Shown: one piece after another, positions 1 through 12,823 of the stretch
How positions within the stretch are numbered: position 1 is the stretch's first letter
Layout: every line of letters starts with the position of its first letter
From: Balamuthia mandrillaris
Lineage: Eukaryota
Assembly (NCBI GenBank): GCA_031835245.2
Contig: JAVKOQ020000037.1
Span: 248,001-279,833 of the forward strand
DNA: 31,833 nucleotides
Reading direction: 5' to 3'
The notes under the pieces: model-generated
Told to the model about the DNA's origin: nothing
Seen by the model: only the letters and a program-made list of their open reading frames with translations
Databases searched by the model: none
Program-made: the position numbers and the translations under genes

Positions 1-171
1 TTGCTTTCTTTCTGCTACGAAAAGATGTGGTTTTTTCTTTCTGCTTTGAGCTGTGTCTTTCCTTCTTTTTTGTTACACTAGTGTAAAAAAAAAAAGCTGA
101 CCTTTCTTCTCCTTCTTATCTTTGTCTCTCCCCCGTTACGCTTCATCTTTAAAAAAAAAAAAAAAGATAGA

Positions 172-3100
172 ATGGCCGAGAAGGAAGAGATCGTGAAGAA
201 AAAGAAGCAAGAGTCTGAGGAGGAGAGCAGCAGCCAAGGCGAGAGCGAGAGCGAGAGCGAAAGCGCCAGCGCAACCGAGAGCGACGAGGAGGAAGAGGAG
301 GAGGAAGAGACCAAGAAGAAGGAAGAGAAGAAGGAAGAGAAAAAGGAAGAGAAGAAGGAAGAGAAGAAGGAAGAAAAAGTGGAGAAGGAAGAGAAGAAGG
401 AAGAGAAAGTGGAGAAGAAAGAAGAAAAAGCGGAGAAGGAAGAGAAGAAAGAAGAGAAGAAGGACGAGAAGAAGGAAGAGAAAGTGGAAAAGAAAAAGAA
501 AGAAGAGCCCAAAAAGAAAGAGACCTCCGAGGAGTCTGAAGAGTCCGAAGAAGAAGAGGAGAAAGAAAAGGAAAAGGACAAGAAAGCTGCCAAAGACAAG
601 AAACCAGAAGCCGCCTCCAAAGCGGCTGCCTCCTCTTCCGCCACCAAAGACAAGGGCAAAGAGAAGGTACCCGACTTGAAGAAAGCTGCCTCTCCTCGCA
701 GCAACGACAAAGACAACAAGGGCAAGGGCAAGGGCAAGGACAAGAGGGACAGGAGCGATTCCGGCAAGAGCGATGCGGAGAGGCTGCCCTCTCCTGGTCG
801 TCAGCGCGTTGGGCCTCGTCCTGGAAAGCTCTATCTTGTCGGTAAGTTTTTTTTGTCCTTCCATTTGTTGTTTTTTTGCTGACGAACAAACAATAGTTGC
901 CGAGGCAAGGAATCTTGCATCCAAGAATATCTTCTTTGATAGGAGTACGCTTTTCCCCTCTTCTTCCTTTCTTGTCGTTTCTCTCTCTCTCTCTCTCTCT
1001 CTGTCTCGTTATCTTTTGTTTTGTTTTGCTTACTTCTCCTCCTCTTTCTAACGACCTTGAAACATCAAACAGAGTCCTCAGATCCATACGCCGTCATCCA
1101 AATCGACGACGGAGAGAAGAAAGAAAAGCAACAGCGAGTCTACAAGTCCAAAGTCCTTCCTAAAGCGCTGGACCCCAACTGGAACGAGGGTAGCAAAATC
1201 TTTGATGTCACTCCAAAGGACAAACGCGTCAAGGTCTCCCTCTGGAACAGCAATAAAGTGCGCTCGGATGACTTTATGGGCGTGGTCACGTTTGATATGG
1301 ACGAGGTCAACAGCGGCGTCCCCTTCGAGGATTGGTACCCCCTTCGCTCTCGCGAGGGCAAGAAGGACAAGGTCAAAGGCGAGCTCCACATCCAGCTCCT
1401 CTTCCTCGAGGTAGACGACAAGCTGTTGGGCGAGGAGTTTTCCTACCCCCTTCACACCTTCATCCGCAAGCGCAAGCTCCACATCGTACAAAAGCTGTTG
1501 GAGCAGAAGCAGTCCTCACTGAAGAAGGACGCCTTTGCCGAGTACATCTCCCAGCTGGACGCTGAGGGACACACTCCTTTGCACGTGGCCGCCGCCACAC
1601 GCATGCCCGACGCCGTGGAACTCCTCTTAAAATTCGGCGCCGATGCCAATGCCAAAGGCAATGACCCCAAGAAGCAAACCCCGCTCCATTTGGCCTGCTG
1701 CTTCTCCTTTGAGAGCGCTGAGATCCTCATCGCGCACAAGGCTAAAGTCACCACCAAGGACAAGGACGGCAACTTGCCCATTCACATGGCGGCCGCGCAT
1801 GACCAGCCAGGCTCCATCGAGGAGCTGTTAGCGGCCGACAAGACCGTCATCAACGAGCAGAACAAGGCTCATGGAGATACGCCGCTTCACCTGGCCATCA
1901 AAGCCAAAGCCTTCCTGGCTTTGAAGACGTTGGTGGAGCATGGGGCCGATATTTATATTAAGAACAAGGATGGACAGACCTGTGGAGAGGCAGCAGCTGC
2001 GTTGGACGAGGAGACCAAGCATATCTTCATGAAGGCGGTGCATGTGGAGGACTACCAGGAGATTGCGTTGTTGCAAGAGTGGAAGAACAGATATCGCATT
2101 CAGGTATGTTCTCTTTTTTTCTCTCCTTTTTGCTTTTTTTCTTTCTTTTTCCATCTCGATAGTAACTTATTTTTTCAAAAGGCGGATGGTCTTAACTACG
2201 ACTGGCGACAAAGTCCTCAGTTTGCCCTGTCGGCGAAGAAGCAGATGCCTGTCCGCATTTTGGTGCACCATCACGCTAATGACAACTCCAACCTCGGCTA
2301 TTGCGTGATCACCTCTCAACGTGGCAAGTATTGCGAGCCGTCCCTTACTAACATCCTTGGCCACGGAGGACCTGTTCCTTATGAAGCTGGTAATACCTTT
2401 GCTTTCTTGTCTTTTTTAAAATTCGTTTTACTTTTCTTTAACAAAACAAACGTTACAAACAGACATAACACCGGGAGAATACATAGTAGTAGTACCATAC
2501 GCCAAGACCAAAGACCAACCGGAGACCATCTCCGTTCTCGTCTTCACCAAGGAAGAAGATTCGGACGAAGAGTCCGGCTTTGAGCTGCGCCAGCTGACTC
2601 CTTGGCAGTACGCCGTCTCCGTTCAAGGAGAGTGGAAAGGAGCCACCGCCGGCGGATGTCAAAACGAGAAGAAGACGTGGCACAAGAATCCCTTCTTCAG
2701 CCTGCTCATCCCCAAGAAGGAGGAAGTGGAGGTGAGCATCGTGTTGGCGCAGAAGAAGAACGCCATGGAGGAGATCATTCCATACCAGACCTTGCCCTAC
2801 GACTTTCATGTTGGCTACTACCTGTATGACGCTGATGTGAAGACCAAGTTCGGACAGGTTGCCAAGTGGAAGAATGCCATGGAAGGTTGGTTTTCCTTCC
2901 ATCTTGTTTCTTCCGAGTCTTTCTTCTGCCTTCTATCCTCTTCTTTCTCCTGTTTTTAACTTGTCTCCTCTCTTTCGCTCTCTCGCTCTCTCTCTCTCTC
3001 TCTTTCTCTCTCTTTGCGTGTTTCAAAAAAAGTGGTGCAAGACTTTGTGTTGGATGGAGAAGCGGACAGACAGTACACCATCATTCCTACCACCTTCAAA

Positions 3101-3178
3101 CCTGGGCAGGAGACCACTTTCACCATCACTGTCTATCACAACGAAAAGAAGTTGGAGTTGAAGCCGTTTGAGTCTTAA
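172..3178 (+). CDS. K/E-rich N-terminus + C2 domain + ankyrin repeats + two calpain domain-III-like modules (no protease core); 6 exons
   Basis: Exons 172-841, 897-944, 1073-2103, 2182-2389, 2463-2885, 3033-3178 join in frame through GT-AG introns. C2: GKLYLVVAEARNL..SSDPYAVIQ..LDPNWNE..DDFMG..DWYPL. Ankyrin: GHTPLHVAA, QTPLHLAC, GNLPIHMAA, GDTPLHLAI. Calpain-III-like: DWRQSPQFAL..GEYIVVVPY and GEWKGATAGGCQN..WHKNPFFSL..YTIIPTTFKPGQETTFTITVY. Confidence 0.85.
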
Positions 3179-3413
3179 ACAAACACAACCACCTAGACCT
3201 TTGAAACCTTCTGTTCACTTCTCTCTAACTTTTCGAATGTAGAGTTACCCGCAAGCAGCTTTTCTTTCTCTTCGACGTCCTCCTCTCTCAACAGCTGGTA
3301 TAAGAAAAAAAAAAGGGATCTGGTACACACAAAACCTTTTTGTTAAAAAAAAACCTCTCTCCTCTTCTCAGCGGTTAACCTGTTTTTCGTTTTACAGTCG
3401 TCGGACTTGCAAG

Positions 3414-3797
3414 TTATTCTTCATCATCGCCCCTCTTCTCCTCGTTGCTGCTATCTCTCAGGAATATGGAAGGCTGGTCGTTCAAGATGCTAGGAGCGTC
3501 CTCCGGGTAGAACGACCTTTTCAGGTTCTCCTCCTTGTAGATCTCCAAGTCGAGGTACCTCGGCGGTTGGTAGCCGTTCTCTCTGGCCTTTGCTCTGGCG
3601 TGGATGACCTTCTTGACGTACTCCTGAGAGTCCAGCTCCACGGGGGAGTGGTTCTCCATGAGATACCAGTAGGTGGCACCGACGACGAAGAACCCGCTGA
3701 GAATGACTTGCCAGCTGCCCCATGGGTACTTCTTTCCTGTCGGCAGTGGCTGTGTCATTTGTTTGCATGAAGTCTATTAGCAGCGGCTCAACAATAG

Positions 3798-3859
<62 letters not shown>

Positions 3860-4325
3860 GAACGAAAGGCAGGAAGAAAGAGTGCATATTGAGAAAGAGG
3901 GAAAAATGAAAGGAATGATTGGAAAGGTTTTTCGAAAAACGCACAGGACGGGACCAAAGGAAGCCTTCTCTGGGCCGAGGAGGGCCGTGGTCGTGATGAT
4001 CATGGTGGTCATGGTGGTCGTGATGGTCGTGGTGGTCCTCATGCGCAGCATGAGAGGAAGAGGAGTGGTTCGCGTGTGAAGAAGAAGCGGCAGCAGAAGG
4101 AGAGGCGGTGACGGTGGCCAACTCCCTCCGTTGAGTCGTGGCCCAGAGAGGCGAGCCCACAGCTTTGGCGGTGGTGGCCTGTCGAACACCACCGGCACGA
4201 GCGCTCGCGCCCAACAACGTCTTGGTGCTTGTCCTCCACAACAACAACGAAGGGGCCCGCAAGGCAATCCTCCTCGTTGGATTGAGCGCTGCCGTTGTTA
4301 ACACGAGGCTCGTTGTCTTCTCCAT
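3414..4325 (-). CDS. NDUFB11: Probable mitochondrial complex I ESSS subunit (NDUFB11-like); 2 exons
   Basis: Exons 4325-3945 and 3749-3414. Arg/Ala/Thr-rich presequence-like N-terminus, His-rich linker, then GFLWSRPPLPTGKKYPWGSWQ followed by one TM helix and ..KARE, which resembles the ESSS-family pattern. Confidence 0.7.
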
Positions 4326-4540
4326 TTGTGTGCAAAAAAAAAAAAGTAATCTCGGAGGGTGTTTTTTTTTTTGAAAAATTAAAATAAAAAGGGGAGGAGG
4401 AGGACGGGGGGTAACAACAAGGAGTGTTTGTGTTTGTGTTCTTTACTTCTTGATCTTCGCTCTCTCCTCCTTCTCTCCGTTCCGCTATTTTTTTTTTAAT
4501 CTTTTCCCTTTGGCTGTATGTTTTTTTGTTTGGTGGATGC

Positions 4541-4641
4541 GTCGACAAAAAATCAGTTGTTGTCGACACCCTATTCTATTCCACCGAAGCTTAGATGACG
4601 TCAGCTTATATGAGGGGAAAGCAGGAGATAAAGTGACGTCA
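4541..4641. promoter_or_regulatory. Candidate upstream elements of the NDUFB11-like gene: 2x GTCGACA and 2x TGACGTCA (CRE-type palindrome)
   Basis: GTCGACA 4541-4547, TGTCGACA 4561-4568, TGACGTCA 4596-4603 and 4634-4641, all within 100 bp and 215-315 bp upstream of the ATG at 4325. Confidence 0.45.
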
Positions 4642-4721
4642 TACCGATATAGTGAACTTTGGAGGGAGACAAAATGTGTCTAAGTTTTTTGCCTTTAAAA
4701 AACAATCAACAAACTCTCCTC

Positions 4722-6352
4722 TTATAGCTTTGGTGAAGAGGTTGGCGGTGCGAAGCGACCGGTGTGGTTGAGCCCAAAGGGAGAGATCTTTGCATCAAAC
4801 ATGGTCCCGGAGGATCCTTCATCGCCAACCGTTATGAACTGATAACTCCCTTCCATCGTCCCTGTTTGTTGTTTTGGTGCGTTAACACCAAGTCGAGGAA
4901 GGAGAAGAAGCAGAAGCAGAAGCAGAAAGACGAAGCGCATACCGCATTCACCAGTTCGCAGCGTTGTACCACTCGAGTAGGTGTGCTCCTGGTTCGGTTG
5001 CTACCATAAACGACGAAAAACGAGTAAGGAAGAGAAGACATCACAACTAAGAGAAGCAAAGAAAGGGGATGAAGAAGAGAAAGATAGGCAGCATTGAGGG
5101 AAGAGCAAGGAAAAAAAAAAGTGATACCAAAATGGGTTGTTCGCCGACAACGCCAGGCCCCTTTACGTTTTCAACCTTGCCTGTTGTAGTGTTTTTGAAT
5201 GGGTCAACAATTCGACATAACTCAGAAAGAAAGGAGAGAAAAGAGAGGAGGTCGGGGTCAACCTTCTGAATCCATTATCTTCCAGTGACGACTCACAAGC
5301 TGGTATGTGTTTGTAGGATGAACCTAACCATGCAACGCTTTGGTTAATGAGGAAAAGAAACGGAAAGAGGAGGAGAGCCAAGAAACGAAAGAGAAGAGAA
5401 TGAGAGACGCAGAGCAGAGCAGAGCACGAACGTTTTTAATGGTAACCCGATAGACGTATTGTGCTAAGTTGGCGCTGACGCCGTACATGGCGGAGGCCAC
5501 ATCGATGCGTATGCCCTGCGGTTCCGTCAAGTGAGAGCAAGTTGTCTCGTAGACGAGAGGAGAGAGTGCTCCCACCCTTTTGTTAAATGTGCGCATCGCT
5601 GCCATAGCATCGTCCAACCGTTCTTCTTCCTGTTTGGTTGTTTGTTGTGGTGAGAGGAAGAAGAGAAGGGAGAAGAGAATAAGAGAGAAAGAGAGAGCGA
5701 GAGGTGAGAAGAGAGAACAAGCAGAGAAGCAGAGAGAGAGAAGTAGAGAGAGAAGAGAGAGAGGGAAGCAGAGAAGTAGAAGAGAGAAGAGAAGAGAAGA
5801 GAGAGAAAGAATAAAAGAGAGCAGAGGAGAGAGAACGGGAGAAGAGAAATGAGAAGAAAGAAGGGCGTAAGAGAGGAGCAGAGAAGAAAACGACGACCTC
5901 TTTCGGCGTGGTCGGCGGCGTGACAGCGCTCCTCCGCCAAAGCCTTTTGGTGGCCTCAACGGGGCTGTTCTCGCCCTCCAAAGCAATGGCCAATATGCCA
6001 GGCCCATTCTTTTGCACTCTCTCGGGCAAACGTTGGTACACTCTGATAATGATTTTGTTTTTTGGTGAGAGGTCCGTTGGTGTGGTGTGTGTGTAGTGTT
6101 GTTGTTGTTGTTGAAAAAAAAAAGTGAAGGGAATACCTTTTGGCCTCATGTGGAAGACGGAGGACCTCAGCCGCCACACCACGCGCGACCTCCTTTTGCC
6201 AGTTGGTTGTTGCCCTAAATACATGTCCCTCATCAATATAAAGATTTATGTAGTGTATTGTTTTTTTTTTGAGTGAGAGATGGAAAGCTGGGTGGGTACC
6301 GTAGGCAACTTTTGTACAGTAACAAAGCGAGGCTCCTCTGGCCTTCGCTCAT
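4722..6352 (-). CDS. ApaG-domain protein with helical N-terminal extension; 8 exons
   Basis: Exons 6352-6300, 6214-6137, 6042-5898, 5629-5432, 5323-5263, 5180-5128, 5000-4943, 4861-4722. The spliced product has ApaG hallmarks: YVYRVTIKN..YQLVSRHWKIMD..VKGPGVVGEQPIL..HTYSSG..GTMEGSYQF..FDAKISPFGL. The 5' exons are less certain. Confidence 0.85.
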
Positions 6353-6519
6353 TTTTTCTTTCTATATATTCACTTTCTTCTTTTTTCCTTGGTCTTTTCA
6401 CTTTCCGCATATTTTCGCTCGAATTTCTTGATGTATGAATTTGGATTGGACCCTCCGTTTCATCGAATTTTCTTTTCCAATGGAAAATCAAACCATTCCA
6501 ACTCGTTAAAAAAAAAGGA

Positions 6520-7964
<1,445 letters not shown>

Positions 7965-8150
7965 AAGGATGAAGAGAGAGAGAGCGAGAGAACGAGAGAG
8001 AAGAGGAGAAAAATATGAACAAAAAATCGATAAACTATCAATATTTATGAGAAAATCAATAATGATTGTCTCCTATCGTTAATATTTTATATTTTTCGAT
8101 AATAATTGTGGTCATATATTGGTCATTACAAAAGAGAAAGAAAGAGAGCA

Positions 8151-9055
8151 ATGGGGGCAACCCATTCTTCTCTTGCTGGGGCTGGGCGAACGAACGGCTG
8201 GCTCTCCTCCTCACTCTTCTACCACCAGAACGATGAGGACGAGCAAGAGGCATGCATGAAAGAACTGGAAGCCTATCTTCGGCTCTGTTCTTCCTCTAGA
8301 AGAAGAAGCAGAAGACCAATCCCACCCGCCGACGAACAACCAACCACTGCTTTCGTTTGTAACAACGCAACCAAAGAAGAAGAAGAAGCAGCAGAGGAGG
8401 AGGAGACCCTTGGCGCTTCTTCTCCGTTCGATCTGCTCTCGGACGAAATTATTTTTCATATATTTTCGTTCCTTCTGCCGCGTTACAAGCAACGGCGCGA
8501 AGAAGCGAGCGCAGAGGCAGAGCTTCGTCTGCGCGCTCGCGCCCTACTCTTCTTGGGGAGCATCGACCGGCGGCTGCGGGGCATCTCGGGGGACGGCTAC
8601 CTCTGGGAGCCCATCTACCGGGCCTTCTTTGGGCGGTGCGCCCGCAGGGAGGACGTGGAGCTGCGGCGGAGAGGCGGCAAGACTTGGCGGGAGCTCTTCG
8701 TGGACCGCTATCGCGACTGTCTGTTGGGGAGAAGGAGGCGGAGGGGCACCTTTCTTGTTGGGGAGAAGGCAGAGGAGGAGCGGGGCGCCGGGTCTTCTGA
8801 AGCCAAGCGGTGGAGTTGGTATAACTTGTCGACTAGTTTGAGGGCCAAGAAGTACAAACTGGTGTTTGTTGGGCTGTCCGCTGCTGGAAAGGTTTCTCGC
8901 TGTTTCTCTCCTTCTTCTTCTTCTCCTTCTTCTTGTTATGCTCGTTTTACTAATGAGTCTTTTTGTTCGGCATAGACTTCATGCTGTTACAGACTGCAAA
9001 ACAGCGACCCAGAGCCCTTCTCCCTCTCCATGATACGTTCGTTCTTCTCCCTTCT

Positions 9056-9088
<33 letters not shown>

Positions 9089-9923
9089 CTCTCTGCTCTC
9101 TGCTTTCTGACATTTGTTATTATCAACAATAGAGGGCATTCGCATGGGTTTTCGAACGAAGGAAGTTAAGATGGATTGTTGGGACCTGGGTGGTGCTCAC
9201 AGCAGCCTCTTTGCCCTCAACCACGAGAAGAGGAGGAGACCTATTTCTGCTTTATCATCATCCTCCTCACCCTCTTCGCGCTGCAGTGACACCTCCAAAA
9301 TCCCTACCGGCGAGACTAGTGATACGGATAGCGGAAGCGACATCGAGGCAGAAGAAGAAGAAAGAAACCTAGCCTCCAAACGCAGCGACAACAGTCAACT
9401 TGACCAGCAGGAGGACCGAGTGTTTGCTCCGTTGTTGGCAGAATGTGATGCTCTTGTATTTGTGGTGGACGCTCATGACCGGTCCAAGCTCAGAGAGTCC
9501 AGAAAAGAGCTTCATCGCATTCTTCATCACAAGGCTCTTCCGTTCAACCGAGACCACAACAACAAGCAGAAGAAGAAGCCGACCGGAAGAGGCATCTTTC
9601 CGGTTCTCCTTCTGGCAAACAAACAGGACCTGCCCGGAGCTCTCCCTGCCTCACAGGTGGAAAGGATATTTCAGCGGTGCTTCAAGCACCACGACATGAT
9701 CAGCTGGAAGTGTGTCGGCACTTGTTGTGCTCCTCTCCAACAACCTTCCTTCTTCTTTTCTGCTTCCTCGTCCTCCTCAGCAGCAATTGAGCTGGAGGAA
9801 GAAAGCGGAGAAGCCAAAGCGAAGAAAGAGGAGAGAAGGAGAAGAGATGAGGAAAACCTGTTTGAGGCTGTGTGGTGGCTTCTCAACGAGGTGGAGTCAT
9901 GCAGGGACTCGCCATCTGCATAA
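8151..9923 (+). CDS. F-box + Arf/Arl-like small GTPase fusion protein; 3 exons
   Basis: Exons 8151-8891, 8976-9036, 9133-9923. F-box: [34 protein letters not shown]. GTPase: [13 protein letters not shown] (G1), WDLGG (G3), [42 protein letters not shown] (G4), [10 protein letters not shown]-terminus is MGATHSS. Confidence 0.88.
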
Positions 9924-10839
9924 AAACAAAGAAAAGCGTTACATAAAACTGTAACAAAGTTTTTTTTGTTATCTCTTGGAACAGTTTTTTTCGTTGGGAT
10001 TTCTTGTTGTGATCATCGCCGATAATCTTAAACAAATAAGGATAAACCGCGAAAAGAAGAGACAATTATTTGCTGTCCGCAACTTAATCTCCCAGATTTC
10101 ACCAATCGGAAATATTTTCGGTGTATTCGTTTGCTTTTTTAAGACTTGGTTCCGATTTTTTATCCGCTTTTATTCCCGATTTGCATATAAAAGGCAACGA
10201 AAACTCAGTTGTGTAACCTTTTTGATTACAATTAATTTTCTTTGAGAAAAGGCAAAATTGGTCCAAGGGAGATTGCGCCGAAAATAACTAGCCCTCCTAT
10301 GGACATCTTTTCTGGCAACGGCGGCACAGATGCCGTCCTCCCGCACAGCACCACAAATAGCAAAATCAAAGAAAACTTTGAAATTGCGAGGAGAAGAAAA
10401 TAGAAAAAAACATGGGGTGGTGCGGTTTGTTTTCGAGCTTTTTTTTGTTTTGTATTTTTGAGTTTCTTTGCAAAGCACCCAGGAAAACTCCATCCGCTTG
10501 AAGCTCTCTCCGCTTTGCTTTCCCTCTCTTGTTTTTTTATTTCTTTCTTAGACTGAGAATCATCAAAAGAAAAAGTGCGTACCATGCATTCGCTTTTAAT
10601 GTAATGCCTTCCTTTTATTTTTTTAACCAAAAGTCCGTAACCTTGTTTTCAGGATACGTGCCTGCTTTGTTCCAGTCCACGTACCATAACTCCATACCTC
10701 CGTCAAGTCTCCAAAGCAAAGAACCTATAAAAACTCCATTTCCTCCGAGCTCAGTTCAATATAAGCGGCTATATAGTCTTTTTAGAAAAGAAGAAAAAGA
10801 AAACCACCATTACGAGAGACCAGCTTTTATCCCAAGGGA

Positions 10840-12209
10840 ATGAAAGCACGACTGCAGAGAGGCAAGAGCGAAAGCTCTTGGAAGGACATACAGAAGAAAA
10901 AGCTGAAGAAGGCGCTATGGCCATTACGCCGCGCCGCCTCGGAGAACAAAGTGCAGGACGCCGCCTCCTCCCCCTCCCCCTCCCCCTCCTCAACTATACG
11001 GCCTCCTCCCGCATCTCTGCTCCCTGCCACCACCGCTGAACAGAACGGTTACGCCACCCTCAAACAACAGCTCTCCTCTTCCTCTTCTGCCACCTCCACC
11101 GCCGCCGCTTTGCGCAGCAAAAAACAGCACCACGCGCTGTTGCGGACAAGCTCCAATTCCCACGTCAAGAGCGCGTTTCGGCTGCATGGTCTGATGGAGC
11201 CGGAGCCACGGGCCGCCACCATGAGGACCACAGCCAAGGAAAGGATCAGGCGGAAAGGAGAGCCTCAGCAGATGACGTTGATGTGCATACAGACTTTGTC
11301 CGGCGTGGGCTGTTCTTCGCTCAACTGCCGGTTTGCCACTGGAAGCTTTTCCACGGAAGAAACTTTAGGTTCGTTGTTGTTATTTTTTCTTTTCTTCTCT
11401 TTCTTTCATTTTTTTATGTTACGTTCATGTTGTTTATTTATTTATTTTTTTTGTCGTTTGATCTATTTGTTTTCTCTTCTTTTTGTTTCAACAAACGAAA
11501 ACCAACTCTCTCTCTCTTCTTTCTGTCTTTCTTTCTTTTCGTTCATTCTTTTTCTTTTTTGTTTGTTCAGAGGAACCGATAGAAGAACTGCGAATCAAGA
11601 AGGTGAGCCTGGATGAAGAGACGGAGGTGCGGTTGGAGCTGCTGAACTGCTCCGGGCGGAAACAGTTCAGGGCGTTGCGGAAGCAGTACATAGAGGCGGC
11701 GGAGGGCTTCCTCTGCGTCATGGACATCACCAACAAAGAGTCTGCGCTCAAAGTGCCGAAAATATTGGCCGAGATAGCGTGGTACTTAGTCTTTTTCTTT
11801 TCTTTTCTTTCTGTTCTTTTTTCTTTTTAGTTCTTTATTCCTTTCTTTTTTTTTTTCTTTCTTTTTTCTTTTCTTTATTTTATTTTATATTTTATATTAT
11901 ATTATATTTTATATTATTTTTTATATTATTTTATATAATTAAAAAAACATTTATATGAACCGATAAAAACAAACAAAAAGGATAAAACAAAAAGATCTAA
12001 GAGACATTCCGGTTGTCCTTGTGGCCAACAAAGCGGACGAGGAGGCGAGGGAGGTATCCGCGGAGGAACTATTGTTGCTCTCGCAGTGCTACAGCTGCCC
12101 TTGCTTCGAGACGTCCGCAAAAACGGGGCAGAACGTGGAGGAGAGCTATCTTGCTTTGGTACGTCAAGTCTTACGGAGGCGAGGTCGTCAGCGCAGTCTC
12201 ACCATGTGA
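10840..12209 (+). CDS. Divergent Ras-family GTPase-like protein (degenerate G1/G3, no CAAX); 3 exons
   Basis: Exons 10840-11368, 11571-11781, 11981-12209. Ras-like scaffold: SGVGCSSLNCRFATGSF..PIEELRIKKVSLD..LELLNCSGRKQFRALRKQYIEAAEGFLCVMDITNKES..DIPVVLVANKAD..REVS..CPCFETSAKTGQNVEESYLALVRQV. Confidence 0.85.
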
Positions 12210-12823
12210 ATAAACAAAAAAAAATATTCTTCAGATCAACCAAAAACAAAGAGTTCCTACCCCCCACCACACTTCATTCTCTGCCTCTTTCCGGAATGGT
12301 GATGGCAGAACGCGAGACGGAGGGAGCCGGGGAGAAGGACGCCATGGCCATGGAGCAGTTGCGACACTCTGGGGAGGTGGATGCTCCACCCCACGGGATT
12401 CGCGGCAAGCGCCCCACCACCTATAAAACTCTTTGTTAAAACTGATGCAACCCCCATCGCCGTTGCGCCTGTGAAAGGTCCTAGTCCTCCACGCATGTTC
12501 CATACGTCCCTGATGAAACTGCTCGTGAACGGGTCCAACTGCTTTCCTCCTATAAAAAGGAAAAAGCAAGAAGAAAGGACGTCGTCGAAAGCAATGAAGT
12601 GGCAAGTCCGAAGATGGCCTTTGGGTTGTTGTTGCCCGGCGAGGAGCGTCATGATGAAGAGGAACACAACAAGAAAACGAAGCTGCCAAGGTTGACGGGA
12701 ACCTATTTACCTAGATGTAGCTGAAAAGGGAGACATTGCCAAGTTTGCAGGAACGAGGGGTTTATTGTTGAGGCACATTCAAATGCAGTGGTTAAAAGTT
12801 TTTACAAGAGTAGCCACTGCTAT

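Noticed and set aside
78..1087. Long minus-strand ORFs rich in S/F/L
   Set aside because: Antisense shadows of the GAA/AAG-rich K/E exon on the plus strand.
9976..10843. Several 90-130 aa ORFs between the two GTPase genes
   Set aside because: AT-rich, low-complexity, no motifs or consistent splice structure; treated as intergenic.
11782..11980. Extremely AT-rich tract (organelle insertion or origin?)
   Set aside because: Bounded by GT..AG and restores the Ras-like frame exactly; it is an intron.
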